A stretch of 64,000 nucleotides of DNA from Botryllus schlosseri (taxonomy: Eukaryota): NCBI GenBank assembly GCA_051294905.1, contig CM119371.1, positions 3,908,001-3,972,000 of the forward strand, written 5' to 3'. Below are positions 36,044 to 50,316 of this stretch, piece by piece. Both the position numbers and the translations under genes were made by a program. Each line of letters starts with the position of its first letter. The stretch's first letter is position 1. The notes under the pieces are model-generated. The model ran no database searches. It saw only the letters and a program-made list of their open reading frames with translations, and was not told the origin of the DNA.

Positions 36044-37949
36044 TTCTAAACCTTTATATAATATGTAAATTATTGATTGATTGTTTGTTTGTTTCTGCGT
36101 TATGTTACAGTGTAACGGCATTTGGTGTAACACTTTTACTCGGTGCTTTTTTAGGCTATAAGGCCACCAACAATAAATGTTTACCCTGCAGGTACATATA
36201 GTCGAAATACAAGTCGAAATACAAGTAATTTCTTCTAAATCAATACTAGCCAGTCTTCAGGATTACCGGACCACGATCTAACATTGACCTCGCCCTCCGC
36301 CACATGCCACCCCATTTTGTCGCTTGCGTCTTTTATTCTCTGCAATACTTTTCATTCAGTGTACACTGTACATGCCTCTTATTTACTTCGCCTAGGCTAA
36401 GGTGGGTGTCTGATCTTAATGCCTACTCCAAGTTGTTTCGACACCTTCCTATCTTTTCAGTTTATCGCAGTCGCGTGATGTTTTGAAACGATGAAAATAT
36501 TAATAAACCTGATTGATTGATTGATAGTGTCGAGTGATTGATGCGCATAACACACTTACGCCAATACTTCACAGACAGTTAACTTGGTTTTGACATCGGG
36601 AACAACTAATTTGATTACAATCGTCTTTCAAAAATCAGATCAACAAGAATCGAGATTACTATATCTCGGCATCCAGCGCAGCGAATTCATGACTTTATTT
36701 TTTATCACGTTGGATAATAAAGAGTCTATAACATGTGTGCAAGTTGTTAAATCAATTTTGAATGATGCCCATCTCTGGAAATAAGTTGCCAATTTCCTTT
36801 AGTCAGATACCCTTGTGCATGAATATTTTGCACAACATTTATTGAGTTACCAGGATTTACGTTTCTATTACGACTGAAGAGATTTCCGTAGCTGTTACCT
36901 ATTAGGGTCGGTAATCAGATATCGCCATCCATTGATAAGCCTCGTCGCCTTTGTTTTCAGTTCTGGATAACAAGGTATGCATCCCAACTAATTTACAAAG
37001 TATATGTATGTTGTGATGTTTTATGTGAGCTTTATACGGCATGGACACGAGCCGGACTTGATATATGTCCAGATTTCCACATCTTTTGGCCTCAGCTGGA
37101 AAAGATCCAGATTCATAGTTTTTCCGATACGACCAAAGCCAGATCGGGCGGGATTCGTACTTTTTTTGATACCACCTGAGTCGCTATTAAGGTTATGATG
37201 ATGATGAGCCATGAGCATGGCTGTTGTAAATACCAATCATGCACAGCACGCCAGTAGCCGCGAATACAAACCTGTGCTCAATGCATACCTGTGAGTTTTT
37301 AATGCCATGTTTCTGTTGTTTCAATATTCAATATATAACCTGAACCAGTACCGTACGATCCATATTTTTAGTAGTAGAGTGGGAACAGTTACTCGTAGCT
37401 AATTTACTGGAGTTTTTCCGATCGGATCTTGGTCATTTGAAAAATTCGGCTAGGAGTCGCAATAGAGAATTCACCAATCCACAACGTACTATCTTTAAAT
37501 AATAAGGTTCACATCACTTGAGGACCAGTGGCAGAGCATGGGAATATCAAACTGAGCGATGTGGGGCGGCGGTCGATATTTACTGTGCGAGTCCTGAGTT
37601 GTTATTTCATATGAAATATCTCAGGTTGTATAACAAGATGCTGGAAGAAACATGTAACTGATATTACATCGTCTCATGTAGCCTATGTCCATGTCCATTG
37701 TCCAGACCCAGACGTACCGATTGAAATGCTGCAATTCAAGACATGTTTCCACTGCAATGATACTAATTGGGGGTGGCCAAATTGAGTGATTTCGAATCGA
37801 ATATTAGACTTCGATTTGGGTGGAATATTTGAATATCGCTCCTTTTGACGTCGTGACAGCGTGAATGCTTAGTAGTTCAAACATACGTATTTCATCGACC
37901 ACAGATAAACGAATCTACGCTACACACCACATCTAAGAGATTTCTATGT

Positions 37950-38220
37950 GGCGAGATGGCGCAGTGGTATAATCCGCGGCTGTAACTCTAATGGGTGCGG
38001 GTTCGAGTCCGACCGAGGTCGACTTCCGAATTCCGATACCTGAGTGTTTGAGGTTTACGTAGGCTCCTCCTCTTCACCTAGTCCGCGTCAGCGGTGTCTT
38101 ACAAAAAGCCTAGAGGTGGGTCGTGCTATAAGTCGGCAGTTACGAAAAATAAGAAGAATATCGGCCTGGTGTAAATTACCATAATAGTCGACAAACACCA
38201 TGAATACCCCATATAAAACA
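37950..38220 (+). mobile_element. tRNA-derived SINE, family 1
   Basis: A box TGGCGCAGTGG (37957) and B box GGTTCGAGTCC (38000), followed by a non-tRNA body and A-rich tail. Other copies or fragments at 44650-44900 (-), ~5533-5650 and ~51215-51335. Confidence 0.8.
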
Positions 38221-39084
38221 AACTAAGATAATTCGATATTTTTACGCCTACTAGACAAAAATATCCTTTCCGCTATTGAGAGTTGCTATACCTTTTGGAT
38301 GTTGTGGTGCAATCGAAATAAATGTCTACGCTAGAGGTGTTATTGCCATAATGTTACACGTATTCTATTTGTTTGTCCCATCGGAAAGCTCTTTTGCACT
38401 GTAACATTCCTGTTTCGGACATTGGGCCACCAAGCAAGCGCACAATGTGCAGCACCAGTAATCATAAAACTTTTCCATAACAAAAGCTATTTGCGTCGTA
38501 GAGAGAAGTTGTTCAAAAAAAGAGCCACAAAATAGCTTGGTATAATTATGGCATGGAAGGAAGTAATGGTTGTGAAGCGAAACCTTGTAATTTTTATTGC
38601 TGAGAGACTTGAGAGCTTTAAAATACCGACTGATACTATAGAACAGTGGTTCGCAACCGGGGGCCGCGAGGCATTCTCAGGAGGTCCGCAAAGCCTATAA
38701 ATTTAAATAATAGTTGATAACCTAATTTGGATATTTTTTTATTTAGGAACATCACGAGGCAGTTTCGCTGCATTACCAGTGAAAATCCAGAACTGAAATC
38801 AACACAATGGCAATCTGAGATAAAATATCCTACTGTGCAGACTAATTTTGATTGCTAAATTAGCAATAGTTTACTGATACAAATATTTTGCTGTTTAGAG
38901 ATGTTTTGTTTGGGATTGGGGAACAAATAAAAAAGGTTGGACTATAGTAAGGTCAATCACGGTGACTTCGATATGTTTGCAAAAATCCATTTTCTACTGC
39001 GATATACATAGCTATTTTCTATTATAATTTCAAGATGAGCTGCTAGATATAAATAATCAGGTTTGACGTTATTTTTTCATTTTG

Positions 39085-39260
39085 AGAATTCTGGTGCCAT
39101 ATTTGTTGTGATCACACCCAATGTGTCCTCAGAAGCGTTACGCGATATTGTTACGTTCGTCACCACCTATCTTCGTGGAAATTGGTCTTCCTCGCTCGTT
39201 CGTATTAAAGCGAAGGCGCGGATTTTTCAAGACACGACAATGCCTTTCAAGGAATGCAGT
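39085..39260 (+). pseudogene. hAT (Buster/Charlie-like) transposase C-terminal dimerisation-domain remnant
   Basis: Translation PNVSSEALRDIVTFVTTYL...SSLVRIKAKAR resembles the YP..A..PF.TTYLCE.GFS.L..IK.K.R motif. Confidence 0.65.
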
Positions 39261-39394
39261 TGCAGAATTCGCTTTTAAATACTCAAAGTTAACTCTATTC
39301 CTACATAAATAGTATGGTGTTGTTGTCAAGAAACGTCATTCTGCTGCTGTTTATCACTGGCCTACAGTGATTTGCACAAGACAGATGTCGATTG

Positions 39395-40649
39395 CAGAGG
39401 GGGTCAGTAACGAAGTACTTCTACTTTTTGGAAGTACTCAAGTAGTTTTCCTCTACATCTAGTACTTACTCAAGTAGATCTGATGTTATCTACTTCTACT
39501 TCTACTTCGTAATATTTTGTGATCTACTTACTTACTTTTCGCTATTTTCAGTTTGTGAAGTAGAAGTAGTTAAATCCCCCAATACGAAAGATAGCCTGGG
39601 GAATTTCGTGGGCTGTTTACACGGAATACCAACATTTAATATTCATAAAAGTCAAAAAAGCCCAGAAATTTTGTTGCGCTTCGCGCAGAGTAGTTATGAA
39701 GTAACAAATATGTTCTCACGAAAGTATCAGTGAATATAATTTAGGTACCGGATTGCTTGGTTCCGCTCACACCGCGTTGTCACCCATATCAAATATTTCA
39801 TCGCAGTAAATAAGGCCCATCATAACGTTTGAAACTACCGTTTCGCAATCTAGCAATTACCTATCTTATCGTAATCTAGCAGCCCATGACGTGTCCTGCT
39901 AATCTGGGAAATCCGGCTTTTTTTACATTACACCTGTTTTAGCAGATCCCCTTTGAAGATTTATAGACAAAAGACATGAAATATATTTTCCGCTTTTTAG
40001 AAGTGGTATTTGTATTTCACTTTCAATTCCGAGTATCATACTTTGAGGTCTAATTACGTTCAGTTCATTTGCCTGCAGAACATATATTGAAGCATAAACG
40101 CAACTGTAGTAATGCCTCTATTTTTCTCAAATAAAGCCACACTGAATATAAATTTTACGATCCACAATATTTTTTATTAACGTATACTAATCGCGCAAAG
40201 TGTTGAAACCGTATCTGATACAACTTCTCACTATTGCTCTTCGCCAAAACTCGAGACCTTATAATATGATGTTTCCTGAAACTTGGTATTCTAGTAAACA
40301 AAGGGTTAGTATCGCATTTTCATATCAATACTATAATTTGCATCCCATGATGCGAAAGAATGCTTATTCTGTCGAAAATTTATATCTCATGGGATACATC
40401 AAAATGAATCAAGCTCTCTGCACTTTCCGCATAGCTCAATTTGCAGCTTCTGACAGTCCATGTGAACGAATTAAGACTGTTTTCACAACTACTTACTTAC
40501 TTGAGTAGATTTAAAGTCGGTCAATTCTACTTCTACTTCAAGTAGTTTTAGGTGGCTTATGGAAGAAGTACTTCTACTCGTACTTGAGTAGATTTTTTTC
40601 GTCGCTACTTCTACTTGAGTAGCTTTCTTGACTACTTTGACCACCTCTG
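39395..40649. mobile_element. hAT-like element with TACTT/AAGTA subterminal repeats, nested
   Basis: TIRs CAGAGGGGGTCA / TGACCACCTCTG. Perfect TSD GTCGATTG. Confidence 0.85.
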
Positions 40650-41761
40650 GTCGATTGCTAGATAATCGAGATCAATTTGAACTGAAACTTTGGTGGTCTG
40701 CGGGGGTCCGTGACTGTCCAAAAGGGATCCGCAAAGACAAACAGGTTGAGAACCACTGCTATAGAATAAAGTGCGACCGCGGTCCCTTCGGTGTATTTAA
40801 GGCCGATTGACATGGCTTTACACGCGAAAGCTCTGTTTGAATATTATATTTTCGAACGCATAGTTTCGGCAGACTATGCATCGCCGCATATACGCGACGG
40901 GGACTCGAGAATGATATGGTCGCGGTATCAGTGCCGTTGGGTGTAAGCGTCGCAAGGGCGAGCTACTGCCTTTGGCGTGAAATCCGTTACAACTGTCTAA
41001 TTCCAAGTTACAGAAATGGTGATTGGTGGGTTAAAATAATATTGAAGAAACGATAAACTTCAGGTATATAGACATCGTATAGTTAGATGTCCAAGTGTCC
41101 TGCCGAAGTGTTCTGTCCTATCCAAAGTGTCATGTCAAATATTATGGCTGTGCTGTATCACACTCGCTTTTACATTATAGCAACGCTATGTTTTATTCCT
41201 AATACAAAATTCCAAATCCAATATCTTCCAATCCGATATATTTACTGCATATATTTGGTAGTATAGTCCACGTAATCAGTGAGATTATTCAGACTGTATT
41301 TATTTTAACGATGGCCACTCGTCATTGCTAATATGACAAACGTAGAAGTCGTACAAACGTACTTGTATAAATAGAAGACGACAAATGAAGACGAAACATC
41401 ATGGAAGGTTATAATGTCAAACCTGCCCTAGCAAGACTTCGGTGACCGCCATTTCAATGGTCGTCGTAAAATTCAGATAGACCTGGTTGGCAGGTGCAGA
41501 TTTCGATATTACAGAATACAGCTCAAACTTTTGACTCGACCAGCCTACGTTAGCCTACTTTCTACTTCGCATATGGGTCCTCAGGAAAAATATGTCTATG
41601 CAGTGTTCTATGCCATGGTGATTCGGACTTGGCTTTCTCCGATATAATGTCTTGAAACCAAAGGTTTGATGTCTATGCAACACCATTTTTTGCAAAAATT
41701 GAGATAGTCTTTTACCTAGCCTATTTTATCTAATTCCGTCACTTCAACATCTATCGCAGTA

Positions 41762-43072
41762 ATGGATATTCATAGGAAGCGATGTTATGAAGCGAAATGG
41801 CGACGTCACGTCTGCGAGATTTGTGGCAAGGAACTCACTACCGTGTACTGCTTGCAAACGCACTTGAAGATTCACATCGGAGTGAAAGACCATGTGTGCG
41901 ATATATGCGGGCGAACGTTCCGTTCTAAGGGTCAAGCAAAACAACACAGGAAAATACATACTGGACGTAAGGAGTGCATGTGCGAGATATGCGGGAGACT
42001 ATTCTCAGACAGGAGAAACCTGGGAGCGCATATCAAAACCCACACTGGAGCTAAAACGAATGAGTGCGAAATATGCGGAAGAGGTTTCATTTCCGTGAAT
42101 GGAATGAGAAAACACTTGAAAGTTCACATTAGACCTGAGGAATTCGTGTGCGAAATATGCGGGAAAGCATTCATTCGCAAGAGAAACATGCCGCAACACG
42201 TGAAAATTCACTCCGGAGTGAAAAAGTTTGAGTGCGATATATGCGGGAAAGCATTCGTTTACGAGTGGACTTTGAGAAAACACCGGAAAACTCACTTTGC
42301 ACGCAAGGAATTGAAGTGTGAAATATGCGGGCAAGCATTCTCTCAGCGGAAGATCAGTATACGACACATGAAAATTCACAGCAGACCGGGAAATTCCGAG
42401 TGTTTTACGTGCGGTTTCGCATTTACTGAACGGCATGACCTAAAAAAACATTCTCTAGTCTCCAACAGCGATGAAAAACATCAACGTGACATCTCTAAAT
42501 ACCAATTTCGTTGTGAATCGGGTCTCAAATACCGCGCTTTGATTCATGCAGAAGCAAGTGAACGCAAATGCGAAGTCTGCGGAAAGGAGTTTCGTCAGAG
42601 ACAAGATTTATATACGCACGCTTCAGATCATTTGGATCTGATGAAGTATGGCTGTGGGATCTGCGGAAAAGTATATGCAGCGCGCTATATCCTGAAACAG
42701 CATATTTCAAGGACTCATACCCAGTTTGAGCAATATCTATGCGAAATATGCGGAAAGGCGTTCTGTGTCAAATCTGATCTAACGCAACATTCACCGATTC
42801 TCATCGACTCAAAACAGCATTCCTGTCACATTTGCAACAAGGGGTTTCACAAAAAATATAGTTTAAAGTCGCACTATCGAATTCATCACGACATCAAAAG
42901 GTTCCAATGTAAAGTATGCGCGAAGGAATTTCGTGATAAAGCACATTTGAGGTCGCACATGTTAATTCATTTTGATGTAAAAGACCATAAGTGTGAGATA
43001 TGCAGCAGAGAGTTTCGTCATAAATGAACTCTAATCACGCACATGCTAATTCATTTCGGTACCAAAGAATAA
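41762..43072 (+). CDS. Tandem C2H2 zinc-finger array gene, copy 2 (421-aa ORF, probably decaying)
   Basis: Repeated C2H2 fingers, some with lost Cys/His. TGA at 43025-43027 cuts a finger whose remainder (TLITHMLIHFGTKE) follows in frame. Confidence 0.85.
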
Positions 43073-44649
43073 GATGTGATGAACCCGACGTTAGGTTTCA
43101 CTGTAAATCAAGTTTAGAGCCTCGCGCATTAATTCATTCTGAGTTGAACATAGCAAAGATTATTATTAGTAGTAGTCTTCTACAAAGCAGTAGTTAGTCG
43201 CGCTCACCGCTCGTAAGGGTGTAGTGCGTCTCGGTCTGTAGCCGCCCTTAATCACTTTGTAACATAATATAGCTGCGACTGAACAAATCAGGAAGTCTCT
43301 TGCCCGATATTCAAAAGTTTATTGGGAGTGAAAGCGTCATTGACAATTTCCGCCGTTGGAAAATTGACATTATGAAGGCTGCGGCAACAGTTAACTTGCT
43401 TGTGATGGATAAACGTTCTTTTACTAAAATTGATATTTAAAAAGCCGTTACACAGAAATTGTAATTATCATATCTGTGACTTTTCATACGATTGATAAAC
43501 TACGTGGATTATATTTTCATATCACATCGTAGTATTACCACTCTTGTGTGAGTGCAATTTGTAAGTTAATTTCCAATGATGGGCGCCTTGCGATTTTAGT
43601 GACTAATTCCTCGTACTGTGATACGTGTGATCGTGAATATTTTGTACAGAGTTTGTCAAATAACCTGGAAAAGCGTTTTGATTTCTACTATCTCGATTTA
43701 CAAACGGTCAGATGGAAAAATTCGTTGATCAATCTCGTCGCTATCGCCACTAGTGCTTCGTGATATCTCTGACATTGCAATTACTACAAAGTCTATGTGC
43801 AGCCCGGAGTTTTCATTGCTATTGATATCTGGCGCGTTTGTTGAACGCTTTACACCAGTGGTTCCCAAACATTTTCGGTGTCAGGATCAAATTTAGAATT
43901 TCAGAGTACGGTCGGGGTCGCACGAATACCAGGGCAATGAAACGGACGCAAAACGGTCATCAAAATATGAAAATTGGCAGTGTTCCGATCAATCGCTCGA
44001 CGCCATTGGCCATTGTTATGGTCATTGTGCTGCTGCGCCCCCATTGTTCAGACCAATCGACCTTTGGTGGCTATTTCGGAGTAGTCTTATTGCCCTGGCG
44101 AGATTTCAATTCGCATTTTTTTAAACAGTGCGACACTAGCTTTCGATGATGACCGGACCTATCGAATTATTCGGTCGCTTCGGTCATGAGCTATAGGACT
44201 ACCAATTATGCTGCGTTCGGGGCAATTTCGCGAGTCAGCTTTTATCGCCTAGACGCGCCAAGCGCGAAAATTTTCTGTAATACATGATTATTCGCGGACG
44301 GGATATTCCGAACTGCTCGTCGTCTCGTATCGTCTTCTGTTCAACGCTAGATTGTATGACGTCACCTCATCAATTTTAGCTTGTGACATTTACTTGTGCA
44401 TGTCTTCTTTTATCTATTTAATAATAATTAGATCAAGATGTACAAAAGTGTGACCTCAAGCGAGCAGATATGTGGTAGCAATTTCGCGGTGCATGAACAG
44501 GCTGACTGAAATACGAGTCCTGATTGTCATGATACGAGTATAGGACTGCATGGTACCTACAAATCCAGTACAGCTGTGCAATTCGCTTTTCACTCGAGCT
44601 TGAAGTTGAGAATGCTGTTCGAATATCACTCATTATGATGTTTTATTTT

Positions 44650-44900
44650 TGTGGCATTCATGGTGTTTGTCGACTATACTAGGGTCAATGGCCATTTACA
44701 CCAGGCCGATATTCTTCATTTTAATTCCGTAACTGCCGACTTATAGCACGGTTCACTTCTAGGCTTTTTGTAAGACACCGATTACGCGGATGAAGTGGCG
44801 ACTAGGAGCCTAGATAAACCCTCAACACTTAGGTATAGGAATTCTGAAGTCGGACGCGAACCCTCAACTCATTGGTGTTGCAGCCGTGGATTATACACGG
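44650..44900 (-). mobile_element. tRNA-derived SINE, family 1 (reverse copy)
   Basis: Reverse-complement similarity to 37950-38220. Confidence 0.75.
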
Positions 44901-45161
44901 GATATATATATCCTTGATTATACCACTGCGTTTTCTCGCCACCTGTGATGTTGTAACAGTGTGGATCTGTAATAATTTCAAATAAGTAATTTTTAGTGAC
45001 CACAATGAAAGCAATCCCAGTTAAACAGTACGCTAAAGATATTTAGATATTTTTTTTCGACCACACATATTTAATTGCGCTTTGTGCGAATGTTGTGGAT
45101 TGAACTCTACTTACGTTATCGCAGGCCGTATTACTTTACGAAACTATTGTTTCGTCTAACC

Positions 45162-46532
45162 CAGTGGTTCCCAACCTTTTTCGACTCATCGCCCCCTTTT
45201 GAAGCTCCACACAGATCATCGCCCCCCAAATATTGGCGTACCGAAAATGGGCATACAAACTGGGATCACCAGCGAGTTGACTAATAAAAAAAAGGTCCCA
45301 TTCACGGCTTGATCTCGAAACCACACTTTGACAGCTACATTTTCGTGAGTTGACTAAAAAAGGTCATTTCTCCGACTTAACTCCAATCAGGACCGTAACA
45401 GCACTTCGTCAGGGCCCCAAAATATTGGTCTCGGACCCACATAGGGTGATAAACCAAACTCCAGACCTCCCCTCAGCCAGTAGGCTTTTCGTCGCTACAT
45501 ATCAGCTATACCCTATCTCATGTACTGTTTGGTGAGTCACCGTATTTCGCCTAATCGCGCAAAGCGCGACAAATTTGTATAATTCATGTTTACATCGGTC
45601 AATATGGTCGGGAATTGCATATATATTGCTACAATTCTACAATTTACCGGTAGAGCTGAGTGTGGTGTGTTGGAAAAGGTAGGAACCCTAAATAATAATT
45701 AAACATCTTCGGGCGTGCTCGTCGTTATATTGACTTCGTTACATGATGCTATTTCGTGACCTTCTGTATTTGCTATGTCAGAAGATATGGAAATTGCCAA
45801 AATGTACCAAACTAAAAGACGCACATGATTTCAAATTGGTATTTCTTTACTGGCAAATAATTTTTCCCTGCGGGCGGGCATTTGTCCTGTGGCGTTCAGA
45901 TCGCCAGGACAGGAACATTCGACGCCAGCCATTGAGGCGCCTATGGACAATTAAACATATATGTTTATATATCATAGTTTTCTGTCAGCACAAGGAAATT
46001 CCTTTTCGGCCAAGGTCTTCTCCCTGCTGATCGTTCTGGCACATTTGTCGGAATCGCATGTTACATGGCCTATAACCTCATATGTCTTGGTGCGTCGTGG
46101 CGCAGTAATGGCCGACGCTGAAGTCTCCCATTTCCATAAATCATGTGTACTTTTGTTGGGTGACGGATACCCCCAAATCGAGATGTATGACAACATTAAA
46201 TCACGCCCAGCGCGAACAATTTTTGAAAAGATTGCCTGAATTTCTAAAAAATTACTCTATAAGTTATGTTAATTCACGAAATAATTTCTGTCCCTCTTCG
46301 AGTTTACTCCCTCCACCCCCAAATGGGGGTTTGGGGTGCGGCAGTTGTGGTCCTTACTCCAATATAGCCGTTTTAACGCGTAATCGCCCCCCTTTCGCCC
46401 CCTTCTTTGTTTTCGCCCACTATCGCCCCCTTCGTCCGTTTACGCCCCCCCATCGCCCCTTCGCTATTTTCACCCCCCTAAACCGCCAAATCGCCCACTG
46501 GGGGGCGACATCGCCTACGTTGGGAACCACTG
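45162..46532. mobile_element. hAT MITE with ATCGCCCC subterminal repeats
   Basis: TIRs CAGTGGTTCCCAAC / GTTGGGAACCACTG. TSD GTCTAACC. Confidence 0.85.
45388..46355. mobile_element. hAT-like element nested in 45162-46532 (family of 3405-4406)
   Basis: TIRs CAGGACCGTAAC / GTTGTGGTCCTT. Perfect TSD ACTCCAAT. Confidence 0.8.
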
Positions 46533-47629
46533 GTCTAACCAATGACTCTGCAACCGGGTGTTTCGTACACCCTAGAAAAAGGTGTATCGCTCATATGGGG
46601 TGTACTATAGGGTGCACCAGACCCGCATTGAAATGGACCAATGACTAGATATCACAATAAATAGGCAAGTTTATGCCTGAGAACATGTGTACGGGTTATG
46701 CAATGTAATATAATGTTCATATCAGCTGTACGCAGCTTGTAAATTACAATCCTCTTGTGATATCATAAGCAAATACTGATCCTCATCATTGGTTCATCAT
46801 TCTTTGGTAATGGGTCGAGTTGGAGAAACACTGTGTTGGGCGGTGGTCCGGAGCACTGATTAGTATTTAGCATTCCCAATACGTTGCAGCCTTGTTCATC
46901 CATATTTCAACAGGCCAGAGGTGGTAATCGGCATGGGTACGGTCGCATTCAGCCGTTGAACAATAATTATTTGGCCTTCAACGCATAATCAAATTAGCGT
47001 GTGTTGACGGCCGACAATATACGATTTGAATTATCGTATTGATTACTGAATGTTTGAGTGATTTTAATTAAACTTGAAAATCTTATTCGCGCTTGGTGCG
47101 ATTCAGGGTGATTTTCCGTTTTAATATAATAGTGTAATCTGCCCCACATACCGCACATAAGCGAACCGCAGAGAAAAATGATGCACCCCATAAAGAAATA
47201 CCAAGTCTGATTCGTATGCGTTTCACGAATAAAGGTTTTTCTGAAACATATGAAACAACCAACAGCATCGACGAAATTATTTTCCAGGTAAACAAAGAAT
47301 TCAGATAACATTCCCTAGGATTTAAACTCCCGATTTTGGTGCACATATATAGTAAGCCTCCGCAACAGTTAAAAACCTTTATGGGGCTATTCGCGGTGCC
47401 AAGTTTCCAGCAGCTAATTTAACGTGAGTATATGACGTCGAGATGCCATGGAAGTTGTGTGCTATATATCTATTCGAAAAATGCTGTGAATAGCGAAAAG
47501 GTTGAACACCCCTGAGAGATAGAGAGAGATAGAGAGATATGATATTATTTTTCGCCTGCACCATCGATATGCGTTGACAACGGAGATGCGATACGATCGT
47601 GAGGTTGCGTAGTCTGCAACCCCGTTTTT

Positions 47630-47770
47630 TCTCATCCATGCCATCCGTGGATGCTGAACGCCTAGCACGACAGCTGCGGATATCAGTTTTCGAGTCTCTG
47701 GTCTGATCCGGCCGGGAATCGAGCCCACGACCTACCGATCAAGAAGCAGGACGTAACAACATTACAATAT
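47630..47770 (-). mobile_element. tRNA-derived SINE, family 2
   Basis: Minus strand reads GTCGTGGGCTCGATTCCCGGCCGGATCAGACC (B-box-like). Similar to 48340-48490. Confidence 0.65.
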
Positions 47771-48339
47771 CAGGCCCTCGGTTGGACTTACTACGAAATC
47801 AGCGTGTTACGTGGTCAGTGGTGTACGAGTTTCGAATAATGCTGAAGAGCACTGCACTAACCAGCGTTTCTTTGTGAATCATGTTGGATGCTGCGTTGCA
47901 ATCGATTTAAGTTTCCTAGATACGAGTCCAGCATCGAGACTTAATTTTAATTATGTGAAATGTAATACCTCTTTACTTACAGGATGATTTTATCAAAGAC
48001 AGTTCGCGTGTCAGTTAATCGATTACTTTTCAAGTCGAGATCCTAAAAAACGTGATATATTCGCGCGACAAACACAGCCTTTGAAGCAATAATCACAGAG
48101 ACAGTCGAAAAGACTAACCATTATTGGTAGAGTACCTAAGAGTCCGCAGAATAAACGAAGTGATTTTATTTTTTAGAAAGCTTGGCGCACCCGTCAGAGC
48201 AGAATCAATAGTGGCTATACGCGGTGCTAAGTGGATACCACCCGATTATCGATTCTCCGATAAAATCGGGTCGATATCAAACTTTGAAAGACCGGCTATT
48301 TGAGATAATACGGAATCTCCCTCCTTTACCTCTCTCTCC

Positions 48340-48490
48340 CGACAAGATAGCGTAAAGGTTAAGCGTCCGGCTTCTTGATAGGTAGGTCGTGGGTTCGATC
48401 CCCTGCCAGGTCAGACGAAAGACCTGATTAGTAACACTGGTATCAATGACTTCCCTGTTTGGCGCTCATGAATTACTGGGATAGCATGGA
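48340..48490 (+). mobile_element. tRNA-derived SINE, family 2
   Basis: A-box-like TAGCGTAAAGG and B box GGTTCGATCCC, then a body shared with 47630-47770. Confidence 0.7.
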
Positions 48491-48666
48491 GGTGTGGTGC
48501 AAGACTTAGAAAGCCATACAAGGCTATATCTGCACCTTCCTTGTCCAGCGGCATATGCACATCATGCACTCATGGTATGCATATGCGCAGATCGCGTGTA
48601 TGTCTATCATGAGTCGGTGTATATGCCGCAAAAATATCAAGGACAAAACTGAACTACGTCCTTTCC

Positions 48667-48705
<39 letters not shown>

Positions 48706-49826
48706 TCTCATCAATTTTCGTGGCAGTAGGTAGGAAGAGACATGTAATCTACGACTGCTCGACTTGAAATATTTCCATATTTCTTAATGCTGACAGGTTT
48801 GCAAGTGCAGCCTATCTAGTGTCTTTGATGTCCAATAATAGCAATGGATAGAAAGGTGTTCAGTTCATGTTCAAACTTATGCTCTGGCGTTTTGGAAACA
48901 TGCGTTGATCTAAATCCGTGGTTACCAACGTTTTCCAACTCATCGCGCCCTCAAAAAGCTCGACACAGATTTTCTCCCCGATATAAAAGGACATACAAAC
49001 GGGAAATTTATTCGCCTAACTCTGATCGCTGATGATGGAATAAAAAATTAGGAAAAGCCGTTTTTTCAAATAGGTGCTTCGAAGACGGGTTTCCGCGTAA
49101 ACTTACCGTTGAGCGAAGTTCTTCTTCAGTCAACTTTCGCACCATATGCAGAATAAGCTTTCATCACTTGCATTTTTGGTCGTCCCAATTAAATATAGCC
49201 CACTGGACGTTCTCACATTTTCGCCCACGATCACCCCATTTGGTATTTTCGTCCCCGTGTTTCTCAAAATCGGTCATTTGGGGCAATATCACCCACGTTG
49301 GGAACCAATGACCTGGATCCCATTTATAATCAATATGTACTGAATCTATCGTCGTTATCGGTGAAGGTGCTAGTTATCGGATATATCGGTATTGGCTCAA
49401 AAATCCGACACAGGTCGGCCTCTAGAGCTGACCAAACCATAGCCATTATAATCATGCTTTTATAATTCGCTGGCCTGTGTGTCATACCGGAAAGGTCATT
49501 TACAGTGTAATAATTCCCATTCAGACATCGGGAAACATATATAGCCACAATGTGAAGCGAAGATACTATACCAATGATTCTAAAACTGTTTGATAGTAAT
49601 AGCGATTCATCTCATCATCAGACCTAAAATTCGTAAAATCCGTGAACCAATCATAACGGAAATACGCTCCAATTCCCATCAGAAATCGGGAGTAGTCTGT
49701 AATCCTAATGTGCGTTAGGTCAGAGTATACGTGCCGAGTTTAAACGCTAGTTATCATCTTAGCGTTGTGATTTGAAAGTGCCAAGGAAATACAAGAGTGT
49801 CAGTAATAGCGCATTTGATATATTAA

Positions 49827-50316
49827 AGGGGCACTGCGCTCTAAAAATGATGTGGTCTCATATTGAAGGTAAAAACGAACAGAAATTTTTGGCCGCGGCC
49901 ATTTCCTTCAGAACGCCACCGTAATGGAGCTGCAATTTATTGAAATTTCTACAAGACCAGCTGCAGCGGCTGCTTAACCCGTTACATAGCACGATGTCTT
50001 CATCGTCGCAGTTGCTCGACGCGATAAGGCAGTCACGCAGAGAACGAAACTTAGACACATTTCCTTCATAACATCGGCTGACAACTATCTAAAATTCGTT
50101 CTCTGCGTGACTGCCTAATCGCGTCGAGCAAGTGCGACGGTGAAGATATCGTGCCATGTAACGGGTTAAGCAGCCGCGGCAGCTGGTCTTGTAGAAATTT
50201 CAACAAATTGCAGCTCCATTACCGTGGCGTTCTGAACGAAATGGCCGCGGCCAAAAAATTTTGTTCGTTTTTACCTTCAATTTGAGACCACATCATTTTT
50301 AGACCGCAGTGCCCCT
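49827..50316. mobile_element. Palindromic MITE, Kolobok/T2-like
   Basis: TTAA on both sides. Termini AGGGGCACTG / CAGTGCCCCT. Inverted arms of ~225 bp around a short spacer. Confidence 0.85.

Larger units (their letters stand above)
38644..40758 (+). mobile_element. hAT deletion derivative (relative of 34617-36043)
   Basis: TIRs CAGTGGTTCGCAACC / GGTTGAGAACCACTG. TSD CTATAGAA. Confidence 0.85.

Noticed and set aside
37950..38025. Functional tRNA gene (Tyr-like GTA loop)
   Set aside because: It runs into a body shared by several dispersed copies and has no convincing acceptor stem, so it is a SINE head.
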